64,000 nucleotides of DNA from Lingula anatina. Lineage: Eukaryota > Animalia > Brachiopoda. Below the pieces are notes generated by a model that saw only the letters and a program-made list of their open reading frames with translations, made no database searches and was not told where the DNA came from. This document shows, one piece after another, positions 51,001 through 62,160 of this stretch. Within the stretch, counting starts at the first letter, position 1; every line of letters begins with the position of its first letter. The stretch covers positions 57,018,788 through 57,082,787 of the forward strand of contig CM120640.1 in the NCBI GenBank assembly GCA_051362555.1, read 5' to 3'. A program made the position numbers and the translations under genes.

Positions 51001-54000
51001 ACTTGTGGAAGAAAGACTGAAAAGTTTAATCAGTTACAAGTGTGAGGCTCCAAACCCAAAACACAGTTTTAACATAGATTTTAAGCATGATCAGAGAATT
51101 ATAGCTGCGATTGGTCAGATAGGGAAGTTGATTGTGGATGGGACACAGTTTCCTGGATCTTCAAGACAATCCGCTCCAACCAGCAATGCAGTGCCCTCTG
51201 CTGGCAGTAATGGCCCTAACAGCATGACAGAAGGTAATGTTGGTTGTTTAATTTTTTTTTTGAAATGACACATTGTGTATGTCACTTTGTATAAAATCCA
51301 GTTTGATATTTTTTTTAATTGAAAAAATTTCCACATGGCTATGTATGTACAATTATCGTAATATTAAAACTGGAAACTGTACATAGATCAGTTGTAAGAG
51401 TAAATGTTTAATTTTGTACTTTTAGAGCAAAAAAAGCAGCTGATACAACTTTTCCAGTTGAAGCAGCATCACAAACAACAACAACAACAACAGCAACAAC
51501 AACAACAACAACAACTGCAGAAGGTGCAGCAACAAGCTCAAAGACAACAACTGCCATATCCACCTCACCACCAGAGACCAATCTACCCCAAATCCTCTGT
51601 GCCTATGTCAGCCATAGCTTCCATAGCTGGTCAGCAACAACATCAACAACAACACACCAACAGATTGACTCACTATTCAAACAGTAGCAATAACAATGCA
51701 ACAGCCCATACAACATCTACATATTATCCACCAAGTGGAATATCACCAAACAGGACAGAAAACTCCTCTAAGAACAACATGGGTGGGATTACATTAAGTC
51801 AGCTGCAACATATACGACAACAGAAGTTCCAGCAGCAACAACAACAGCAGCAGCAGCAAACAGGAGTTCCCAACGCATCCTTAGGGTATGCTCTGGTACA
51901 GTCAAGTGGAAAGATGCTCAACCAGATGTCCCCTTCCATGCCACATCAGTCTGTGGTAGATTTGACAGCATCTGCCAGGACACAGCTGCCTTACCAATCC
52001 TCAGGTCAGCACAAGTGCCTAGGTGGAGGTAGTATATTACCTTGTTTTAGAGGGCATTTCCAGAGATTTAGCTCGATCTTACTAGATCGACCTAACTCCC
52101 TGGGGGTTCACGCTAAATTGCAGTCAGCCGACTGCGCACGGAAGTTAATTACCCCCTTACAGCTTGTAGTAGGCGGGACGGACATTAAAGCCGGATTATC
52201 TGACAGTAATCTAGTGAGACTCCCCACGGGATAGATTGATCTAAAATCTATGGGAATGCACCCTTATCTACTCTTCCAGACATGGGCATATGGATAATTA
52301 CAGAATGATAAACTCAGTTGTATAGTTGCTAGTTTTTCATGCTGTTTAATCACACTCCTCTTTGTTACTTATGTTATGTAGGATTATTTGAACTGATTGG
52401 ATTAACTAACAGGTCTTTTGTTGTTGTTGCAGGCCCAATACAATCCCAAAGTCGTTTGCCTGAGAGTGGCTTGGTACAGTCAAATACTAGGGCAGGTATG
52501 TTCCTTGTCATCTTGACACACAGGAGAATATTAGAAGTATTATATGTACCAAATAGTCTGTGTGGTACTCTCCTGGTATACCATACCATATAGTAGCCAT
52601 GTGGTAAACTACATGGGGAGGTTTAATAAGTCATTGGAACTGACAAGTGGGATGAGGAAGATGGTAAGTAGGGAGGATGTGGCAGGTGAGAGAAATGCAG
52701 AACAGGCAGTCTAGTGATTTAAGATCTGGAGGCTTAAGGGAATAAAGGGGTCTTGTGGATGATGAGAGGGGGTGAGTGAGATCTGATATTTAGAGTATCT
52801 AGTGTGTTGGGGAAGGGGCATAAAGTGGGTCTGGTTTCCTGGAGTAAACAACAATTTTCCCATACTTACCAATGGGTAATGAATCCATTTTTACATTCAA
52901 AGTTAGTCACTGTTTTTTTTTCTAAAAAGTTTGGTTTTTTGTTAAAATCTCTTAAGAGATTTTAACAGAGTATAGCCATCAATGGAGGTCACTTGGTCTA
53001 AAGAAAAGCTCAGATATCAGAATAATAGCTATAACTGCCATTTTTGTGGTAAAACAGAATATATTATATTTCTATAAGTTATTCACAATGTTTTTATTGT
53101 GAAATATAGATCTCATATGAAGAGTTATCCCTTTAAGCATGCTGGTATTTTTCGGTATCAACTTATACATATAATAAACTGCTAAATAATAATAATGGGG
53201 ATAATAAAATTATTTAATTAAATATATAAAATATATATTATAATTATTGTATGGAACATATGTTCCAATATAAAATGTATTATTCCCCTAAATTAGTATT
53301 TAAAGCTATTGAAGCTGTTACCCACACCGTTACAGTTAGTGTTTATCTAACTACAAACAGAATATAAAGTTTTGATGGAAGCAGTTATAATGGATTATTC
53401 AATTTTAAGTTGCTAATGTTTTGTAAAATGTTTTTGTAATTTGAAGATTTTTAACTCTATATCGTATCTAATTTTCAGGACAAAATCCTGGTCACCTTAC
53501 ACCCCCTGTGACAAATTCCAATGACTTGAACAATGCTGAAGCTCCTGATGCTAGGTAAGTATGATGGACATGTTCTTTTATGCAGTTTCACCATTTAATA
53601 GTATACTTCTAAATATTGACTGTGTTTGCCATGTCATATCCCACACTGTTTGTCCTGAACTAGGAATGTATGGGAAGGTCGCTTGTTAAGGGTTCCTTAT
53701 GAGAATTGTAGGTGCACATGCAGGAGCCTACAAACTGTGGAACATGTTCTGAGTGACTGTCTGCTCATAGTGGGCTTGAGAAAAAATTTTGCTAACTTAA
53801 ATTTCCGATCAGTCACTGCTTTTTAGACAAACAAATATACTAGCGATATATATATGAATATGTTTATCTCTCCAATTCTGTTTTGACTGGTTGACTTGCT
53901 GATATTGTGAAAAAGGAAAAAAAAAGTTTTCTTTATTTCTTATGCCTCTGCTCATAATTCAGAATACATAAAATATCTATCTATTCATGTGTCACAAATC

Positions 54001-57000
54001 TATTGAATAAAGCCTTACGGTATATGACATGGAAAAAGTCAATATTTGTTTAATTAAATTTTTCTCCAGGTTGTGAACTTCCCATTTTAATTGGCTATGG
54101 TCAGCTGCATTTTTGTTGTTGTTATTTGCTTTTTTCTTATTCTGCTTGAATTCTCTGCCTTCTGGAACCTGGAATGATTGCAAATGTTGGCTGCTTTACT
54201 AGTACTGTGGCAGCCATGTATTCAGTTCACACTGCAAATGTCTGCCTCCAGTATATGCAACAGCATATTATTTAGTTTCATAGAACTTTATTACTTGTGA
54301 GAAAACTTTTGCAAGTATGTCAGTCTGCTTGTTTTGTTTATTTATCATTTCTAACCTTCTGAAATTCCTCTTATTTCCTTTTTATTCTTTTATCATTTTA
54401 ATGATATTTGAAAATCATTTGCAGTGAAGATTGTCTTAACTTAAAGTATACATATGTTTAATTAAACTGCATAGCCCTTCATGTGGCAGTAAATATACTA
54501 CATGTTTCGACTAACTACACATAGTGGATATAATGTTATATGATGGTGTTCTTTATTCAAGGTCGATGAAAGTCAAGGCAGAGGCTAAAAGAGAACCTCC
54601 CAGTTGCAGCTTTTCTCAGTTTAATGTGAAGCAAGATTACCCAAAGCCAATCTCATCCCCTTCCATGGTAAGCGTTTTTTAATACAGTAGATATGCTTAG
54701 TGCTTTCATTTGGCCTCCTTGCAAAAATCATTGTGTGCAGTTCTTGACCACTGAGGACAACATGGCTTTCACCAGCGAGTTATCAGATCATCATTTGGAT
54801 GGCCAATGGCATCAAAAGACAGCTTATATTTTCAAAGATGGTTGAGCAGCTTAAGGAGTTTTTTGGGCAATGGCCATTTGGTTAGTCAGTATGGTCTGTG
54901 GATGGCCTTGGACAAAAAATGTGTTTTGATGCTTCCAGGTATTTGAAAAAACATGAACAAATTTTATGGATGGATGCAGACTTTGCAAATATAAGTTGTG
55001 ATAGCATTTTTGGGGGGTGGGTGTGGGGTGTCACTCTGTGCTATATATCTGATAACGTGTAGATAGTAAATACAACAAATTTAATCCTTCCAAATACTGA
55101 GTAAATTTTTCACTTCAGTTTCCTGAGCCGCAGATATTAAGAGAAGACCAATCCTCCTCAGAAGAGCAATCTGGCACAGACCAGCACTCTAGGCCCCCCT
55201 CTGAAGGCAGAGAGGAGATGAGACATTCTGACAGTGAACAACCAGGTAGCAGCGGAGGGTTTAAGATGACCAAGGGCTTGCTGACACAGGTAACATTGCC
55301 TTCCCAGTTATGACAAAAAACCTCTTTTGTGATTAAAAATCTTCATTGAAAGATCATGTGAAGTTATAGTGGTGTCATGTCTGCATTTAGGAGAAACTCT
55401 CACTGGTGAAATTCTTTGAGAGGAATGTTGAACGTTTTTGAAAGTAAGCCATTATGATGATGGTACAATTTTCATGATGACAAAATCTGAATAGCCAGTG
55501 TTCCCATTCCAGCAGAGTGAAGAAGGTAGCCTCACTCCACCCTTATCTGTGAGCCCCAGTCAGCGTGAGACACCCCAGCAATCTAATGACCTTGGATTCA
55601 CCGATGAAGACCCCAATGAAGACTGGTGTGCTGTCTGCCACAATGGTGGGGATCTGCTGTGCTGTGATCAGTGTCCTAAAGTGTTCCATCTCAGCTGCCA
55701 TGTGCCCGAACTTGGAACAGCACCAACGTGAGTCGATGTACCTTACCTTTGCTTAAGAATTTCTCATGAAATGTATTTGAGATGTGTATTAGTGTTCAGT
55801 TGAGGAAGTAAGATTCCAACATGGGTCTTTTGAACAATTTTTGATATATTTGCTTTTTTGGATGAAAAGCATGTTTATAATGCATCTTAAAGTTCACATG
55901 TAAGTACTTTAATTGTAATTTGTGCACATTATATGTTTTATAAATGTATTCATTCTAACAGTTTTTCTACCACTAACACAAAGTTTTATGCAATTCATTT
56001 GAGATAACATTTTCTTGGGACTTAATGTAAAATCAAGTCAGATTTTACAGGGTTTGGAGAAAAATGGGTGGAATCAGAAAAATTGGCAGACTAGTATGTT
56101 GTGGCAACGAATTAAAGCTGACAGAATTTATCCAAGGAAATTTTTCTGCTTGTTTTTGCTTAAGTTCTATGGAATAGTAATCTGTTGCACAACAGCATGA
56201 ATTCCACATGTTTTGGTTATCACTCATGTGTTGCTTTCTGAGAAGATATTTGTGGCATAAAGAGTTTCAACCCCATCTCATATGGATTCTGACACTTTTT
56301 CTGGTCTCATATAACACATGCAGTGCTCAAGGCCTTGTTTAAATTAAACAAATTTTTTGACCCAGAATTCAATATTATGTACTGTAGCCATAGGCATTTT
56401 TCTTAGCTCTGATCCCCAACACCATTTCTTTCAGTGGTAGCTGGGTGTGCGGCCTCTGTGACCCTATAGCCGGGGAAACCACAGACAGAAGCCGGAGCAG
56501 CACTCCCACAGATTCTGGAGACAACAAAAGGAAGAGAAAAGCTACCTCAGGGCTAAGTGGTCATGAGCAGAAGGTATTTTATTATGTATTTATAGTACCC
56601 ACAAGTAGCTGGTTGAGATCAAATAGATTTTCATTAATGCATTTTGTTATATGGTTTAAGTATACTTTTTGTTCATTTATATAAAACCATATTTTGAAAT
56701 ATTAGCTTGGTGTATATGTTCATTCAGTAAATGCATATAATAAAGTTTATTTTTGTTACTTTAGATTTGTGAGAGGATTTTGCTGTATTTGTTCTGTCAT
56801 CCAGACAGCTCTCCCTTCCATGTGCCTGTTAGTCATGGGGTAAGTTTGAACATTTTCCCTTCCATTTACCTTCAGTAGTAGGGTAAGTGAAGACATTTTG
56901 TCCTTTCATTATCATTTCAGTCTGCATCTCCTATGAAGATGTTCTTCATCCACTTGTTAGTTTATAACTTTTTTTTTGGTAATGTTGATATGTGGACAGA

Positions 57001-60000
57001 TATAAGATTTCCAAATCTCAGTTTGAGCCTCTTTTGGTTAGAATTTACCTATTCAGGAATGAAGTTTTAAAGTAACTACTGAGACACTGAATCGTATTCC
57101 TGAACTATTCTAGGTTCCTAATTACCACAAGATAGTGAAGCACCCCATGGATTTCAGCACCATTAAGTCCAAGTTGTCCCGCAATCACTTCAACCATTAC
57201 AATTGTGTGTATGACTTTATCTCTGATATCTACCAGGTACTGGAGAACTGTGCACTCTACAATCCAGTAAGTATTGTACTGTTTTCTGATTTCTCTTCTG
57301 TCTCCGTGTTTAGTTGTATGGTTTAAGCCTTGTGTATGCATAGGAATGTGTGTGTGTTTGTGTGTGTGTGTGTTATACTGTTTAACCCATTGATAGGTTT
57401 GTAGACTAGTTGCACTGAAAGCTGTTCCCTATATGTAGTTGTAGAAAAAAAAGGCCATTGAAAAAAGTTGTGGACTGTTTTTTTTGCTGTGTAAAAACCC
57501 TTGGCTAGGGGAGGTTATAAAGGCACTTGTACATGTTTGTGTGAAGGACATCCTGTAGCACCCTATGGCTTTTATATAGAAAAATTATATTTATTATTAT
57601 CGTTTCTGATGAATGTTAAGCTAATGAATCTGAAGTCTTGTATGATAAAAGTACCTGACTTTTGATAATGTTGTGCTAAATCAAAATTATACAAGAATAT
57701 GCACAGGGACTTTGCTGAAATTGGCTTGTTATTGGTTGTTTTAAAGGCAAAGGTATGCCTTGCCAAATTGACAGCCTACACTAGTAGGGGTGACCGAGGT
57801 GGTGATGGAGTGGGATGGGAGCTGTCTGATTTCAAAAAGTACCTTAAATGTTAAGCTTGAAGAAAATATCTATAGATAATCACTGAAATATATTTGCGCA
57901 GTGATTTCCTTGCATTGAAGAGGAAGCTAAAATGGACTGAGGGTTTTCTCAGTGGCAATATTGTTTTTACTTGCATTTTCAAGACAACATGTAAGATTAT
58001 GATTTTTTCAAAAATGTTCCTGAAGTTAAAAAAATTGTTTTTTCTGTAAATGTTATCGTGACCACAACAGAAGAGCTGTCATCTCTAAACATCATCTGGG
58101 ACTTGTTGATAAAACTAATGATCAATGGACATTTCATTAATTTCATGTTTCACACTAAAAATCACATTTCATGGGTTCTGTTAAATCAGTACTCATTGAC
58201 TTTCAACGTTGTAACTTCATATGAATGTATTATTTTTATAATTGTTAAACTAGAAAAGCCCCATGAAATGTTCAATATAGCCACTTTCCTTCTGTGCCCC
58301 AACTGTGCTCTTTTAAAAGGTCTCATCCACAACATATGAACCAAGCATCGGTGGAGCGTGGATTCCCAGTAACACATATAAACCACTTCTACTAGTTTCT
58401 TATATCACTCTAATTAAGTCTACATGCCAAGAGGTAAACTGAATAAACACTTGATCAGCCATAAAAGAGCTCTAGACTGCTCCTTTCTTTAAATTTTTGG
58501 TCAGAAATTTATGTAGTTTGGAAGTTATTTCTATTCTTACCAATTAGTTCATGAAAAGCCAAGGTTTAATGCTATTGCTTTTTGTGCCAATCATTTTTAA
58601 TAAGACAAGAAAAATATGAAAATTCTCTACAGAGAGGAAAATATGTCACCAAAGAACTGCCTCTCTCTGTTTCAAACTACATACATTAATAGTATCATCA
58701 TAACAGTTGAAATACTGTTGCATCCACATGGACTAAAATGTAATTAACTTAGACACATTTAACTTTTCATCTTAACCTTTCTCTCTCTCTATATATATGT
58801 ATATGTGTATTTTGCACTAAAATTATAATTTAGGATGTGGTTAATGAAATACAGTTTTATTATCTCAATATAAAGAAAAAATTGCATAGTAAATGTAGCA
58901 TGTCAGTGTAACAGGTTGAAAAACCAGTTTGCTGCATCCTATACCTGGCTGTCATTGGGTATAATCTGTGCCCTGTTGAAGCTGACATCTATACTGTGGA
59001 CATACTTCTCATACTACTGATACAGTCATGGGTTTATCAATATTATCCTGTTCTGTACTGTTATTATTTGTGGTCTCTGACTGCCTGCCATTTAGTTCTT
59101 TCGATGTTCCATCATTTGTTGTAAGTTGGTTCATTTTATTATACTTTCTAGGACTTTTCCCACTGAATGAGCTTTCTTCTGGCATCAGAAAAGTAACAGT
59201 TTGGTGCCTTCTATTGTACTCGACGTCTGGACAGCTCTTCTCTTGGACATTTGCACTGTCCAACTTTTTGAGTTTATTTTGTATTTCTTCTGAAGTGAGT
59301 TGATACTGCTCCTTAAGAAACTTTCTCCTCCTTAATTCTATCTGCTGGAGGTCCAGGAATTCTTTAACATAGTCTTCTTCATGGTGTTGTTTGTCCTTGC
59401 GTATGTTATACCCAATGAGGAATAGAATGGCCAGTGAGTAGGTGCACAGGAAAACTACCACATAGAGCACCATGCCATGGCTTTCTTTGTCAGAAATTGG
59501 AGGCAGAGATGGTGGGCTTGAGGAGAAGCTGCTGTTGCCACTACCTGTTAAGTTCATTTTCTTCTTGAGCCTCACATCTGTGTCTTCCCTAAAACATTCA
59601 CCAACAGAACATGCATTTTCCTTGACACCAGAGCATATATTAACTTATGTGATAAATGTGACAAACAATGGGAAGTCCTTTTCAAGTTGACCTACTTAGC
59701 ATTTAATGGGTTTGTGGAACTATTATCAAGATCTATGGTAAGTGTTACTTTGGCCAAGTAAATTTAAAATAAAGTGGTCTCTACATGTGGCTTTTTTCAT
59801 TTGCCTGAGCCACTTAAGGCTTTAAATATATGCCTTGTATTTTTTATTGTAATTATTATTAAACCAAACATGCAGAGTCAGGTGTTTTTGTAATCAGGAG
59901 TAGTATGTTTTTCATCCAATATTGATTCATTGGTCTGAAAATTAAACAAATGTTGTGGTATAGCAAACATTCTATAAGCCCAATAAAGCTGTACTTTCAA

Positions 60001-62072
60001 AGGCTGTGAATTCATTAATAGCTTTCTCTATATTATATTAATGGAGGTGGGGCAATACTGGACCTTGGCATTAAATGGAAATTTTGACAGTCTACTATAT
60101 TGTTGTTCTCTTCTGCAGCACAGGTGTTTAGGAAAGTTACCCCTCTGTTTGGTATTGTACTATAACAATTGCATGCAACATGTCAAATATCAATTAAATT
60201 CAATTGGAAATTAAAACCATATGTTTCTTCTATCACATTGACTATGGCTCTGTTCATAACCAAGTTGAGCCGTGATCTGAGCCATGACTCAAATTTGGTG
60301 CGCACTTGCAAGCATGCTTGTAACTTAAAGTAAAGTCAGGAAAACTTTGTGATCCATGATGTTGTTCATGTTGTGTCATTAGGGGGCGTGCCAGACAATT
60401 AAGCTGATTACATTGACTGCACCTAAACCAGAACCCCGCTGAGATAGATTGATCTTGCTAGTATGATAACTTCTATTCTGAACACAGCCTATGTTAATTT
60501 TCATTAATAATCAACAGTATGTTTTGATGAAGGTGAGATAACAATACTATACCAAGATGAGGGCATATAGTTTTAAGCTATGTTAACAGATGGTTATTTC
60601 ATGACACAATGAAGAATTTGAAAGTATTGGAAATTAGCATATAAAACATGTCCTCTCTAGGGGCGGATTGAGGCCCTCTTCTGGGCCTCCCGGAAGACGG
60701 TCAGATTTTGAAGTTTACTTTGACAAGTAAATTTTTTGCTTAAGAAGACGGTGGAAAATGGAGGATGGATCAACAAAGATAATTTGGAAGACTGTCAGAA
60801 AATATCTCTGGATCTGCCCCTGCTCTCACCTGTGATAGTACACAGGGGAGTCCTTTAACTTGAAGCCAGGGTGCAGAGAGGACAGTACAAATTCCACTAA
60901 GATATAAAGTGACCTTGGGGAAATTAAGCTGTGCAGTATCTTGTCTGTTATCTGTTAACGTGTACTTTCATATATAAATGTGTAAATATTGTGACTTTGA
61001 CTGTAATCTGTAATTATCTAAATCTCTTGAAGTTTTGATTGTTTTGTATTACCATGGATTTGGGCAACTAGTGCATTTACCAAGTGGTATATTCCTATGA
61101 AATTTTATTTTGCCACTACACAGAAATGCATATTAAAAATTTGATGGGTTTATGGGAAAGCAAATGTTTGCTCATTCTTAAATTCTTAATTGTTGAATAT
61201 TTTAATTTTTTTTCTACACATGACATTTAAAGTGAATTTAATATGGTTAAGTTTTCTCACTTGGTGAAGTGACTTATACCTACTCTCAAAGTCTATTTGG
61301 CAGTAAGGGGTAGTTAAAGTAAACAAAAAATGACAGCCAGGTTTGGCTGTTGTCTGTATTTACTGGAGAGTAAGAAATACCTAAAAAAAGTTATAAAATT
61401 AATAGCTCTTTGATTAGTTCAAATGGCTTTGTTACAGTTACATTTACAAAACTGCAAGAATTTTAACTGTACTTTAAAACATATGTTACTTACATTGACT
61501 ATCTTCTTCCAACTGAACTCTAGGGGTCATCCTCTGGTATTGTTCCCGTTTTATGTACTAACAATGGATCAACCCCGTACCTGATTAATTATGCATGACA
61601 TCAATGAACAGGCATGTCAGACTCCCATCTTTTAGTTCAGTTTAAAAGAAGGAAAACATGACTGCTGAGAGCTTTATTAGAAATATTTTTTATCAGGTGT
61701 CAATATATATATTGGTACATCAACAAGATGTGTAACAGGGACCTATACTGTATCAGACTCAATGCATATTTTAACATGCTGTTTTTATTTCCAGAATATT
61801 TATAAGCTGTATGTTTATTCTAATATTATATAATTTTCTGATTTCAGCCAGGCTCCCCTGTGGGCATAGCAGGTAAAACTGTAGAAAAGTACTTTGAGGA
61901 TCTTCACCATTTGTACTTCCCGGAGTATAACTTCCAGAATAATCACAGGGTGGCCCACAATGAGCCCCCCTCATCAGTCCACAGCAGGCCAGACCACGAG
62001 GCTGGGGAAGGGGGACACCTCAGACACAGCAAGAGGAAGAAAAGTCCTGATGAGATTATACATTATCATTGA
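48088..62072 (+). CDS. TIF1: Transcription intermediary factor 1 family protein (TRIM24/28/33, Drosophila bonus pro-orthologue), 12 coding exons
   Basis: Exons 48088-48280, 50226-51233, 51426-52004, 52433-52495, 53479-53554, 54562-54667, 55119-55289, 55513-55727, 56435-56573, 56765-56839, 57114-57266, 61848-62072. RING (CIAC...[10 protein letters not shown]...CPEC), B-box1 ([11 protein letters not shown]), B-box2 ([24 protein letters not shown]), coiled coil, poly-Gln, PHD ([33 protein letters not shown]), bromodomain ([16 protein letters not shown]...NCALYN). Confidence 0.96.
51474..51514 (+). repeat. Coding (CAA/CAG)n poly-glutamine tract
   Basis: CAA-dominated run in TIF1 exon 3, with a second run near 51830-51859. 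Confidence 0.95.
52049..52264. mobile_element. Harbinger-type MITE, copy 2, in TIF1 intron 3
   Basis: Same body as 46534-46757 (GATCGACCTAACTCCCTGGGGGTTCACGCTAAATTGCAGTCAGCCGA...), ends ...TGGGAATGCACCC, TTA on both flanks. Confidence 0.85.
59009..59557 (-). CDS. Single-pass membrane protein, KCNE/MinK-like (182 aa), nested antisense in TIF1 intron 11
   Basis: Long open frame in AT-rich intron. No signal peptide, N-terminal sequons NLT and NSS, one TM helix ([21 protein letters not shown]), then [12 protein letters not shown]. Splice acceptor TTTTAG 31 nt upstream of the ATG (exon starts 59588). Minus-strand AATAAA at 58861-58856. Confidence 0.8.
   Translation of the reverse strand: MNLTGSGNSSFSSSPPSLPPISDKESHGMVLYVVVFLCTYSLAILFLIGYNIRKDKQHHEEDYVKEFLDLQQIELRRRKFLKEQYQLTSEEIQNKLKKLDSANVQEKSCPDVEYNRRHQTVTFLMPEESSFSGKSPRKYNKMNQLTTNDGTSKELNGRQSETTNNNSTEQDNIDKPMTVSVV
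60658..60822. mobile_element. hAT-like MITE with 5-bp TSD
   Basis: Ends TAGGGGCGGAT / ATCTGCCCCTG, flanked by CTCTC on both sides. Confidence 0.7.
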
Positions 62073-62074
62073 AC

Positions 62075-62077
<3 letters not shown>

Positions 62078-62136
<59 letters not shown>

Positions 62137-62160
62137 TTTTTCATTTTTTTTGGGGGGGGG
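62078..62160. repeat. (AT)n microsatellite plus poly-T/poly-G right after the TIF1 stop codon
   Basis: Directly visible. Confidence 0.95.

Noticed and set aside
52005-52234. C-terminal extension of ORF 51404-52234
   Set aside because: Read-through past the donor at 52004/52005 into an intronic MITE; not part of the spliced TIF1 frame.
59028-59690. Plus-strand ORFs 59028-59303 and 59472-59690
   Set aside because: Shadows of the minus-strand membrane-protein ORF; no splice fit with TIF1.
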